Shown here piece by piece: positions 11,360 through 25,173 of a stretch of 64,000 bases of DNA (position 1 is the first letter of the stretch; every line of letters begins with the position of its first letter). A program made the translations under genes and the position numbers. Below the pieces are notes generated by a model. It saw nothing but the letters and a program-made list of their open reading frames with translations, did no database searches and had not been told where the DNA came from. The DNA comes from Calcarisporiella thermophila CBS 279.70 (lineage: Eukaryota; Fungi; Calcarisporiellomycota): assembly GCF_041956535.1 (NCBI RefSeq), contig NW_027192211.1, positions 433,995 to 497,994 on the forward strand, in the 5' to 3' direction.

Positions 11360-14300
11360 ATGATAGCCAACAGCCTCACACCAGATGGGCGCGATCTTCT
11401 AACTTCGAAAGTGAGTACATTTATTAACCTATCTTTCATATTGAAATCGCTAGCTTAAACTTCATGCCCTAGATCTTCGTAGAGGACACAGTGTGCTCCC
11501 TCGCTGACGAGTCACAACTTGGAATTGTGATGCGTTCCTGGCAGTGTCTTGAGCACGAGCACGAAGATTTAGACGAAGAAAATAAGGGGATATTACGCGC
11601 GGAGGTAATATATATTCCCGCTGTAGTTCTACCATAAAAAAGTAAATTCATTTCTACCGTTGCATTTCTGCTCTACCCTCTTTAAGCTACCGAAGGGGCA
11701 TGTAATTGGTACGATTACAAATACGAGAACTCTTTACAATATATGCCGTGGCTAACAGTTTAGTATTTAAGTATCTTGGCTTTCGGGTAGTGCCCCTCAG
11801 ATTATCCGTGAATCAGACCTGAAAGTCCTTGATCGATCACTTATGTACTCAGATATTGTGAAACGGCATCCTCAAGATTCTCAGTCTGGCACAATTATCA
11901 AAGTTGATGTCACAGTAGACCTCGTTAATGTTCTCACTGGTCAAGAGATTAGAGGGGTGAATACACGACGGTTACGCTATAGTCAAGACTATGCCGAGGG
12001 GTCATATGTAATTATGGATGATTGGGTTGGGGTGATAGACGAAGTATATGACTTGATAACATTACGATTTCCTGATGGAGCAGTATGTATGGTGGAGGAA
12101 ACTGATTTTTTGGATATTGATGGCGCTATTCACGAAAATTCATGCTTTTATCCGGTTCGCCTGCCAATTGGACAGGTTGGTGATCAAACAACTGAATCCT
12201 CGAATTTAATCCCCATATATAAGGAGAATATTTGTATGGTATAGGAAGTGTATGCTGCACCAGTCGTGCTTCGGAGTGCACGTTGGATAAAAGGCTCGTA
12301 CGATCCATCTCGACACTGCAAATGTGTTGTGGTTTATACAATACCAATTCGAGCAATAGTGCGGTGGTTATCATGTAACCAAATGGCAAGCATCATTTGC
12401 TCAATGAAAGATTCAAAGTTGTGGATGGATTTTCTAACTATTTTATTTCTTAGAAAACGAGAACTCGGGACTATATTGAAGTGGAGCCTGACGAAGAAAT
12501 TAATTGTTTGGAAGAGCTTAAAGTGTTTAAGAGTTTTGCAGAGCACGCCACTTTTGCCATTGGAGATCACGTTTTTTTTGAGAAAAATGGTAGCAGACAA
12601 TTGTGTGCAAATAATGATCTTACTAACCTTGAGAAACAATTTTTTAGATAACTCACGAAGTTCGGCCACTCCTGATTCGGAAAATGGATCGGAAGAGGAT
12701 GATATAGATTATGATGCCTGCATGCGTGTCATCGGAATACAAAGCAAGGTTGATGTCGAGTGGCAAGATCTTAGCATAGAGCGGGGAATCTCATCATGCG
12801 AACTGGTGCCGTATTTAAATGTGGATGACCAAGATCTCTGGCCTTATGACTATGTAGTCTCAAAAACAATTGAGCACGAGGCGGACTCAAAGGTGGATAC
12901 CAAAGAGAATAACGGCCAAAAATTTGTAAATTCAGAAAGGATAGGAATTGTTCAATCAGTCAATGCCAAGGAGCGCACATGTCGTGTAAAATGGCTAAAC
13001 GAACACAAAGAAAGCGGAATTGAAGTAAATGTCGCATTCGCCGCCCTTTTCGCTTTAATGTGATTCTCTTATCTAATTATATTAGGATAAATCGGAGGAC
13101 CTGAGTCTCTATGAAGTAGCAGCCCACGAAGACCTCCAATTTCGTATCGGTGACAAGGTTTTACTTACACCCCTTGGGGCTCCATTAGCTGTCACTCAAC
13201 AGCTCTCTTCTGCTGCGAATTCGGCAACTAAAAACAACCAAATCGTAACGGACCGTAAAGCCAGCCGAGGTCATCGGAGGAGTATACGATGGTTTGGCGA
13301 AATTGTAGAGATGAAATTGGACCGCCCTACTGTCGTAGTACGGTTTATTGATGGCGAAACCGCGGAAGTATCGGCTGGACAGATTATTGTTGTGGAAGGA
13401 GAGGATGAGAATGGGGCAGAATTGGTGAGCGTAGACCAGGATGAGGACGATGACGAGTTTGATGAGAGTGGGTTTGATGAGAGTGATGCCGAGAGCTGGG
13501 AGACAATCAGTAATACTGAAGATGATGAAAAGAATTTGGAATACAACGAAGGAGTAACTGACGAGGATGGGGACTACAAGGATGACTCTAACGAAGAAAG
13601 TGGAGAGCAAAGCTATGAAGAGGAGAAGAGCGAGACAGAGGATATGAGGTTGCCTGTGCCCCCGTCTTTTACCGACTCTTCTCGCGTAGCTGATTCGGAA
13701 GATAATATTCCTCAACCCCTGGCACCACCCATTGAGGTTCACGAGAATTGGACCCCTTTTCTTGTAGTTGAAGAAGCGCCTGCGGATCATCATTTCTTGA
13801 ACATCCAAAACATGAGCCAAATCCCGGCCTGGATAAAACGTATTAGGCGGGAACACGTGATCATGAATGGCTCACTTCCAGGTATTGATCCAACACTTCC
13901 TTGGTATTTATCAACAACAATTCTTATTTCAACACTTAGATGGGATACTTGTCCGCGCTTTTGCTGATCGCCTGGATTTGTTGAGGGTCCTGATCGTTGG
14001 CCCATCAAATACCCCTTATGAGGATGCGGTATTTATGTTTGATTTCTGCTTTGGAGCCAACTTTCCTTCAGAGCCCCCTCACGCCTACTTCCACAGTTGG
14101 ACAGGTGGGGCTTCCCGAGTGAACCCGAACTTATATGCTGATGGAAAAGGTAACTCATTCCGTGATGCAATGAAGAGAGTAAATATTGGAACTTCTGACA
14201 TGTTCACTTGTACTTCAGTGTGCTTGAGTTTATTGAATACATGGCATGGAAAGGACGAGACTGAGCTCTGGTCTCCTCGTAGCAGTATGCTGCAGTTATT

Positions 14301-14700
14301 AATTTCCCTCCAAGGTCTCGTCCTCGTGCGCGAACCATATTTCAACGAGGCTGGATATGAGAAACTCTATGGGCAACAAGAGTCTGTTCAAAACTCTCTT
14401 CTTTATAACGAAAAGGCATACCTCTTGTCGCTAGGATTCATTGAGCACGTCCTGAGCTCGGCACCCCGGCCATTTAGTGAAGAAATCAAGCATTTTTATT
14501 TCAGTAAAGGCGCGCTAAAGAGAGTTGTAGAGAGGGGGCTAGAACTCGTGCGTTGCTCGGAACTAGATGAGAGAGACAACCCAGGAGAAGTAAAGGGAGG
14601 AAAAGAATTCATACTGAGTTGCGTAAGCCGAGGTGCTTTGAAGCTATTGAGGAAGAGAATAGAAAGCTTGAGAAGATATCTCCAGGAAGATAGTTCATGA
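11360..14700 (+). CDS. UBE2O: Large E2/E3 hybrid ubiquitin-conjugating enzyme, UBE2O (E2-230K) family, multi-exon
   Basis: N-terminal SH3-like regions (WVGVID, VDVEWQD, IGIVQSVNAKERTCRVKW), acidic linker, C-terminal UBC domain RLDLLRVLIVGPSNTPYEDAVFMFD...VNPNLYADGK|VCLSLLNTW with catalytic Cys, EPYFNEAGY. Confidence 0.9.
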
Positions 14701-15043
14701 AGTTTGTTTAGATTTTCTTTCACTTTCTCCTCCCCTTCCTTATTTCACCCTCTAATCGAGATAATAACATGCATTGATCATTATATAATTTAATATTTTA
14801 ACATTTTCAACAAGTTCAAAAAAAAAAAAAAATAGTAGGATGTGGATGGCTAAATTATATCATTCAAGCAGTGCAAGCATCTGGATATCTTAATTAAACC
14901 GCTCATAACGAAGATGCTAAGAATCCGCTCTGTGAAGACAATGCTGTTTTCATCTTGTTGTGACGAAATTAACGTGTCATGCCACATGAGTGTTTCGCGC
15001 ATCATACATGATTAAATAGTATAATACAGGCAAGATGACGCAT

Positions 15044-15631
15044 TTATACAAGTTCTAATTCCATGGCCTCACGCACGCGTTTCCACACTCTAATCCGATC
15101 GCTCATTTCTCGCTCGAGAGCGAAATCGAGTTCTAATACTTCCCATTGCCGTTGCAGTGTCTCTTCACTGCGGTCACCAATGCCCAGATTAAAACGGGTA
15201 ATTAGATCTTTCCTTCTTTCTAGATCGCGGCGGTACAAAGTGGCCATTTTTTGTGCAAATTCTAGGGCCTCCTCTGCCGTGATGCTAGCAACATCGATGG
15301 ATTTCGATCGTAGCCCAACAAATTCGTGTTGTAGCTTCTGCATCTGCCTTACTTCAATTTCCATCTCAGCTGCAGTATCATGAAAAATCGAAAGTGAGAG
15401 ATTAGCCTCTTGACTCTGTTTATAGATAAGACGAGAGAGACACTCAGTTGAGAGCGGGGGACGACGAAAACTACTCATAGTATGTGAGATTTGGGTGGAG
15501 ATGTTAGTGAATGAAGAGAGGAAACGGAGAGATTGGAGGTGAAGATTAGTATATCGTGTCGCATGGTGTTCTAATTTAGAGAGAAGAAGGATGATGCTTT
15601 CTCCACTATGGCCACGCCTGGGTGAATTCAT
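15044..15631 (-). CDS. C1orf109/AIRIM-like (AFG2/SPATA5-interacting ribosome maturation factor), single exon
   Basis: 195 aa helical protein; blocks LSSFTNISTQI, RLIYKQ, ALEFAQKMATLYRRDLERRKDLI, LQRQW align with recalled human C1orf109 blocks LSSLSNLAEQL, RLRRKQ, MLEWLQDIERHYRKSYLKRKYLL, LPKAW. Confidence 0.65.
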   Translation of the reverse strand: MNSPRRGHSGESIILLLSKLEHHATRYTNLHLQSLRFLSSFTNISTQISHTMSSFRRPPLSTECLSRLIYKQSQEANLSLSIFHDTAAEMEIEVRQMQKLQHEFVGLRSKSIDVASITAEEALEFAQKMATLYRRDLERRKDLITRFNLGIGDRSEETLQRQWEVLELDFALEREMSDRIRVWKRVREAMELELV

Positions 15632-15802
15632 TTTAGTGATACTAGGATATGGTGGCCAATTTTTTGAAAATGAAACGTTAACTCTAGATAGATTTCAGAC
15701 CTATTTGTTTAGATTAGTGACTGCTCATACATTTAGCGAAGTAATTGCGGAAGGAGCTTTATATCGAGGTATAATTCACAAAGATTGACTTTTAAACCAA
15801 AG

Positions 15803-18898
<3,096 letters not shown>

Positions 18899-19664
18899 GT
18901 GAATATCTAGGTTCGAGATTTTCTAGAGAAAATTGATGTTCATAGCTATGGACTCTTTAACCAACTAAATATTAAAAGTAATTGAGTTTTATAATATGAA
19001 CTCCAGTAACAAATGGAATTTTAGCCACTAAAAAATAGTAATAGACCAAAGTGTGCAGTTATAGGACTCTTCTTAAAATGCGAACCATATAATAACAAAT
19101 TTACTTTTGTAGCCACAACAAAATTTGCTGTGGTATATTGAGCAAAGTTGTGGAGATACGGGCATTGGATTCCGGAGATTTTATGAACAATATATACTCG
19201 ACTTCAGCTACTCTCTTACCAGTCATACACTACCAAGCCCACTTTAATGCGACGATTAATAAGGTTTTCTAGTGAAGTATCTCTGTTCTGTTGTTGTAGC
19301 AGCCTAAACTAGGTAGATTTTCCCGGATACGATTTGATTTCTTTAGCCATTTATGCTGCTTCTTAGGTAACGGAAGTTCGATTCTCCTAGTGAAATCGTC
19401 ATGAGCAATTGTCCAAATATACACATCGAGCAGCACGCTCCGGTTTATCTCCATCCATATGCGATGCATTGAAGGCACCCCCATCGATAATTCAGATCTG
19501 CTTTTGTAGTATCCGAAACGCAGGTCGCCTTGATTTTTTTCTCACTTCAGTGCTTCCGTCTTGCACTACGCTCAAAATATACAATGTAAATCCATTTATT
19601 AAATTAAATTATAGAAGTTAGAAGAAGCCTAGAATTAAAGTTCATGGCTAAAGCTAATGTCGAA

Positions 19665-19904
19665 TTAACAAGATGCGCCCGTCCCAGTAAACTTCTTACA
19701 ACATGTATCGAATCCCGGTACGTTTTTCTCATCGATCATGCAATTTACTATGATATTATGTATACCTCTATGCGCGATGCAGCAATACAACGTACCGGCC
19801 TCCATTGATAGGTAACTGAGCACGCTCTTTCCTCCACAAACACATCCTTTAGCCGCAGCTAACCCAGGGAGGATAAGTATCGATAATATAGGTAAAATAC
19901 GCAT
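19665..19904 (-). CDS. Small secreted cysteine-rich protein (79 aa, 8 Cys: CxC..CC..C..CC..C)
   Basis: Signal peptide MRILPILSILILPGLAAA, even Cys count, C-terminal Cys, intronless, TATA-like element about 110 bp upstream. Confidence 0.8.
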   Translation of the reverse strand: MRILPILSILILPGLAAAKGCVCGGKSVLSYLSMEAGTLYCCIAHRGIHNIIVNCMIDEKNVPGFDTCCKKFTGTGASC

Positions 19905-21131
19905 GAGGAAAGTAGGGTGTGTTATTTTATGAATTATCCGTACTTCTTAGCAACATAGAGCAAGTTGGGAGGGTGTTGATAGTGCTGCTGGAATGGATCG
20001 ATCATACTATTATATATGGAGCCGTGGAAAATTGTGGCAAATTCGATTGCAATTTGAAACGAAATGGAATACCCTGGGAATTCATACCAAAAAAACCTGT
20101 TCTTAAAATACGTCAGTAGTTGATTACTCACTACAGAGACTGATCATATTTGCTTGAATTTCATCCCTTCATAGTAGCAAAGACGACCGGTGGATACGAT
20201 TTGCAAACCAGATTTATCGAACCCGATGCTTCACGGATATATAACAAACAATCAAAGGTGAAAGAGTAATGAAGCTAAACCAGAACCCAAGATTTTTATG
20301 TAATTTATCACCCTAGAAGCCAAGTATAGAATTTCAAACCACTACATGGGATATTCAGCTCCTGTGTTCGAGTTTAGCAATTTGACACTTTTGGATTGCA
20401 ATAATTGCCCCTAACTGCAAACAGTAAGGGGATGGAAATCCTTAAACTCTTGCAATTACCTCTTTTACTTGTATTAACTTGCAATCTTTTATCTCTAAAA
20501 TAGTGCAGAAAAAACACGCCCATTTTTCACCCACGCGACCGGTACAAACACGAGAAAATTTCCCTGACTCACTCTGATGGTTTGACACAATATCCCCAAG
20601 CAAGATTCGAAATGCAACCCTTGCTCGTTAGCAAATTATTAATTCATCACCAGATTAAATAATGCACATATACACGTCGAAATGAACCGATAAATTTGGA
20701 TATTATATTTAAATATGAATATTTAACTTTGATGTTGTCACCAACCTTCCACCGTAGCTGCTGATCTTCAGCTGCCGGGCCTCGGCACTGGCCTGAATGT
20801 GCCATTATTAGATTATGTGCTATAAACCGGAATTCTTGTGTAAAAATGATATCCTACCTTTCGCCTATGAATGAGGGGTGCCTAGGGCGAAACAGTTCAA
20901 ACTTGGTGCGGATGACCATAGAATAACTAAAATTGGATCATAATGCCTAAGAAATCTATTTAAGTCCATGCTTAGCGTTGAGATATTGAATCCCAATTAA
21001 ATTTCAGCCCAGATTAAACGCTCAACATATTAAAACTTTATTGTGTTTTGAGAGGAACTACACATATTCAATATTATAATACTCTTCAGTTATTTATTTT
21101 TTTCTTTTTTGACAGGTGTTGAGTCGAAAGA

Positions 21132-21356
21132 TCAGCAGCTGAGAGCATTGCATTGGTCACAGGATTTCCTGTATCCATAATCGTGGCAGCCACCGCGAGG
21201 ATTGCACTCATAAACATGGGTCCTGACCCATCCTTCGATCACAGCAGGGTGAGCTCCACAGTACTGACCTTGTGGAGTGCCAACTTTGCACCTGCAGGCG
21301 ACAGCAACTTGCAGCAAGGCCAAGACGACGGTAGCAGTCAAGAAAGTAGCTTTCAT
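21132..21356 (-). CDS. Small secreted cysteine-rich peptide (74 aa, 8 Cys)
   Basis: Signal peptide MKATFLTATVVLALLQVAVA, mature CRCKVG..GQYCG..HVYECNPRGGCHDYGYRKSCDQCNALSC; TATAAAAA about 90 bp upstream. Confidence 0.85.
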   Translation of the reverse strand: MKATFLTATVVLALLQVAVACRCKVGTPQGQYCGAHPAVIEGWVRTHVYECNPRGGCHDYGYRKSCDQCNALSC

Positions 21357-22161
21357 CGTTGAAACGTTTAATTGGTTGGGTGATAGTTTGAAGACGGGTT
21401 GGTGAAGTTGATAGTAGTAAGCATGCTAGAATACTGGCTGCAGTCTTTTTATACCTTGGCCAAGAAGATGAGTAATATCCATGGAATGAAGGATCTGAAG
21501 AAATTACATAAGGTGCTTTTGGAGTTTTCTTTTAACTTTTCATTTACAAGAGCAACTTTCATTGAACTCTATTTTATACTGAATCGAAACTTGAAATAAG
21601 TTTGCAGATTCAACAAATTCGCTGTATTGCTTCGATATTCTTTACTTAATATTGAATCCTCCATTAAATTTTCTGCTTAAAGAATTTTTTTTTATCTTTA
21701 AACATTACTGAAGCGATCATGGGAATTTTCTTACCTAGCGTGGGGTGTCCTGGGGAAATCATATAATCGTTGTTGTAGAATAAGTTTGGGGAGGAGTTAG
21801 ATGGGATGAAGCTAGAGAATCCCTCAAACAAGCATATTGGGCGATGACCCAGTCATTAGGTTCCCTCGTTTTCTCAAAAATAATTGGATGAGTAAAATGG
21901 CAATTTAAAGAACGAGTTTAAATGTGAATAATTTTCAAAGTGTAGTACTCAATCACTTTTGGACTATAGGGGACGGATCGTCTTTGAGAATAGACAATGA
22001 TTCATTGTTTTTTAATTTTATTTGGTGAGGGAAGGAACGTCCATGGGAAGTTTTAGTAGTCACTAAATTACACGATTCGCTTTGGGTGGACTGAACCATG
22101 AGCTGCTGACGCTATTTATGGTTATTTTACATGAGAAAGTGCTTTCGCATTTATATCATAA

Positions 22162-22794
22162 TCAAGCACATGAGCTCGCGCCTGCAGGAGCGGGTTTGAA
22201 TTGGAAAACAGTTGGACCTCCAGATAGCCTTGGACCAGAAACTAGATAATTGTTAAGAATCTGGACGAATTTCACATCAGGTGAGTCTCCGCATGCTTGT
22301 TGACCCCTGCAGCAAGCTGTAATATCACCAGCATCCGTGCTCCTTTGAATATAGTATCCATTATTCTGCGGTGCTGGGATGATATAGAACGCAACTACGT
22401 GATTAAAAAATATCATCCCAGGCTCACGCTCGCTATCAGGAATGCCTCCCTCCAAAATAACATGCCCGGGGGGGAGGAGCATATCACTTTCGGCCCAGTA
22501 TTGATTTCTACTAGTTCCTATTTCAACTCTTTGACCACAACAAAGCTTTGAACCATCCGATTGACCCGGCGCTGCTTTTGTACTTCGAAAGGTGACCGGC
22601 GTATTTAGCAAGGAAGGTAACTTGGAGGAGCTTGTGTTTTCAGGCGAGAGACAATAGGGTTGATTCAGCTTGACCTCCTTACCGTTAGCGTCCAATATTC
22701 TCACGCATTCCGATCCAGTATAACAGCCATAAGCTAACTGCAGAGACAAGCAGAAACAAAAAAGGCAGAGAAGGATACTTGCCTGGGCGGCCAT
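22162..22794 (-). CDS. Secreted Cys-rich protein, putative Kunitz-STI-type beta-trefoil protease inhibitor (210 aa)
   Basis: Signal peptide MAAQASILLCLFCFCLSLQLAYG; ILDANGKEVKLNQPYCL fits the soybean-Kunitz signature as recalled; also PVTF and C-terminal PTVFQFKPA. Confidence 0.6.
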   Translation of the reverse strand: MAAQASILLCLFCFCLSLQLAYGCYTGSECVRILDANGKEVKLNQPYCLSPENTSSSKLPSLLNTPVTFRSTKAAPGQSDGSKLCCGQRVEIGTSRNQYWAESDMLLPPGHVILEGGIPDSEREPGMIFFNHVVAFYIIPAPQNNGYYIQRSTDAGDITACCRGQQACGDSPDVKFVQILNNYLVSGPRLSGGPTVFQFKPAPAGASSCA

Positions 22795-23025
22795 TGCTTG
22801 TGAGAATAGAACCAATATAAGTAATAAAAGTTGAAGACTCTACTGCGTCAACAATATTTCAAAAATGAAAGCGAAAAGGTAAAGCGGGATGCTTAAAAAC
22901 TTAAGATACACCCAATAAAATTATATTCTTTACTACCCTTGTTAAGCATTCGCCTCCTCAATTATATGTTTATTGCCAAATTCGTAAGGCATCGATTATT
23001 AGTCTGGAAAAACTCCGAATATTAA

Positions 23026-23079
23026 ATATACGGCTATCTAACAAATAATAAATTTATTATTTGTTAGATAGCCGTATAT
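23026..23079. repeat. Perfect 54-bp palindrome (27-bp arms, no spacer)
   Basis: atatacggctatctaacaaataataaa followed directly by its exact reverse complement tttattatttgttagatagccgtatat. Confidence 0.97.
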
Positions 23080-23493
23080 ATCTTATGATCGAAATGTTTA
23101 ATGAGAGAAATTTAAAAGGAGAGGGGGTAGAGTCGAAAAAAAAGGAAGCATCAGACCATGCAATATAATTAGTTTATATTTTTTTTTGGCATACCTTCGA
23201 TTCTACTAGCATTTCATAGCACTGAAAATACCAGAAAAACATTGTGTGATGACCTTTTTCATGTGTATACTTATTAAACAAGCTTTCAAATATGAAAAAC
23301 ATTTCTCAACCTTGGGATTTGCGTTTTGAAAGTCTACTCCTAGAAATGCATTTAATACTTGAAAAGCTCATGGAAAGATATTATTTTTATAAAATTATCA
23401 AGAAATAGCTTTTTTTCGATAGTAAAGCCAATGTACAAGACAGCTACCTATTGACCTAGTGTATTCTTGTTCTAAATTGCTATTTAGTGCTAG

Positions 23494-23751
23494 GATGAAG
23501 CTGGGAAAACCATTGGATATGGAAAAGTGAAGTGCGGGTATGCCGATTAACTGTGAAATTTGATCCTATACTACTACAGGGGATTTTAAATTGATTTAAT
23601 ATATAATAAGAAAAATAAATCCAAGGGATCACCTGAGCGAGTTATCTGTGCGTTTCGGTGCGAAAATGACTATTCTAAATGCTCCATATTTCAACTGATA
23701 AGTGTAAGATTCCTATACTATAGTTTACTGTGGAATAGACTAAAAAGCTAA
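23494..23751 (+). pseudogene. Possible decayed fragment of a restriction-endonuclease-like (PD-(D/E)xK) gene
   Basis: One frame reads DEAGKTIGYGKVKCGYAD*L*NLILYYYRGF*IDLIYNKKNKSKGSPERVICAFRCENDYSKCSIFQL, with internal stops; loosely resembles the G[FY]GEVK...ID...AFQ pattern of nuclease-like families expanded in early-diverging fungi. Confidence 0.25.
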
Positions 23752-25173
23752 AATCACATCGTTCAATTTTATAAAGAACACATTTTAGGAAAATACATAG
23801 TCGCAGCCTGATGGCAAAAGTGAAAACTATAGTAAGTAGAATGCATTTTTGTATACCTAGGTTAGGAGAAGATCATCTGTATTATTCATCTTGTAATAGA
23901 TAGTATTGAATCTGCTTTCTTTGTAACAAAATCATCCGAACTCATCGTCTTCATCAGTTAACAGAAAATTTTCCTGTGGCCTGACACTATAATCCAAGTA
24001 AATACGTGATATTTATAATTTCTTTATTAATACGCCATTATCACCCTATTAAATAATGATAATATAGCCCATTTTATATCAATGATGAATCAATCCCTCC
24101 CTTTTTCTGCCTCAAAAACATTTGTGATGTTCTTTTGGCATATCTTAAAGTGTATAAATGGTTTAAACTCGGTATTCTATTGCCACATTAACAGTAACTA
24201 CCAAATATGGCGATAGTGATACAAGGCTATGCTCGAGTTTTGCAAAATATAAGTTCGAAAACTCAAAATGCAGTTTCCCGTTTTGCTTATTCGTAAACAC
24301 CACCATGGTTTAGTGAGTTGCGAAAAGGAGAGAAAGATATCTTTAGTTTTATCTTTGGCACTCCACCCCGGTAACAATTTTTTGCTACATTGAAATCTGA
24401 ATTTTTTAAAGATAAAGTGAAAGAGACGGTTAATGAGGAAGAGCGAGGACGTGTGCAGGGGAAAAAAAAAAAGAAATACTTGGACTTTAATTTCATTCAA
24501 TTTTATCCTAAAAACTGGCTCAAACTTCCCATTTTTCTACTTTGATAAGCCAGCAAGCAATTTGCGAAAGCATCCTATCTGGTTTCACAGAGAATAAACT
24601 AAAAACATAGCCAGTGTGCAATATAGGTATTATGCTCTTTCTTGTTCCTTCGTAGCTTATTTCCATTTACCAGTTATTAAGGCATTGGTTACTCTTGGGT
24701 CGATAAGAACCGACTATCAGTACAGAAAAGATCGAGTTACAGATACTCTTGATGCTTCAAAGGCACCATGGTTTCTTTGTGGTAACTTTGTGCACATTTA
24801 TTTTGCACAGTCCCTTGCTATCGATACATGTAAATATTAAAAAATACTACATCCCTAGAGGCTCCAGCTTGTGTGTAGTTACAGTAAACTGGATCGTGTA
24901 TATGTGGACTTGATCAGCAATTAAAGCATTTATTATTGTTCGTAGAAGAAAACCAAAATAACAAAAGTCTATACCCCGGAAATAAAAATAAACAACCTCC
25001 ATATAGATAGGACTCCCTTAGAAAATAAAAATTAAAAAGATCAATAAAGGCGCACCATCTATCAGTCAAATGTCTTTAGACAAGAAGCTGTCTATGGAAA
25101 AAGAAAAATACATCCAAAACAACATGTTTAATAAACTACAAATGGCCAAATGTCCATTTACACAGTACCCCTC

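Noticed and set aside
19269-19530. Possible transposase remnant next to NCL1
   Set aside because: Only a vague resemblance; no DDE motif or terminal repeats identified
19665-19904. Hydrophobin assignment
   Set aside because: Cys order does not fit the C-CC-C-C-CC-C hydrophobin pattern
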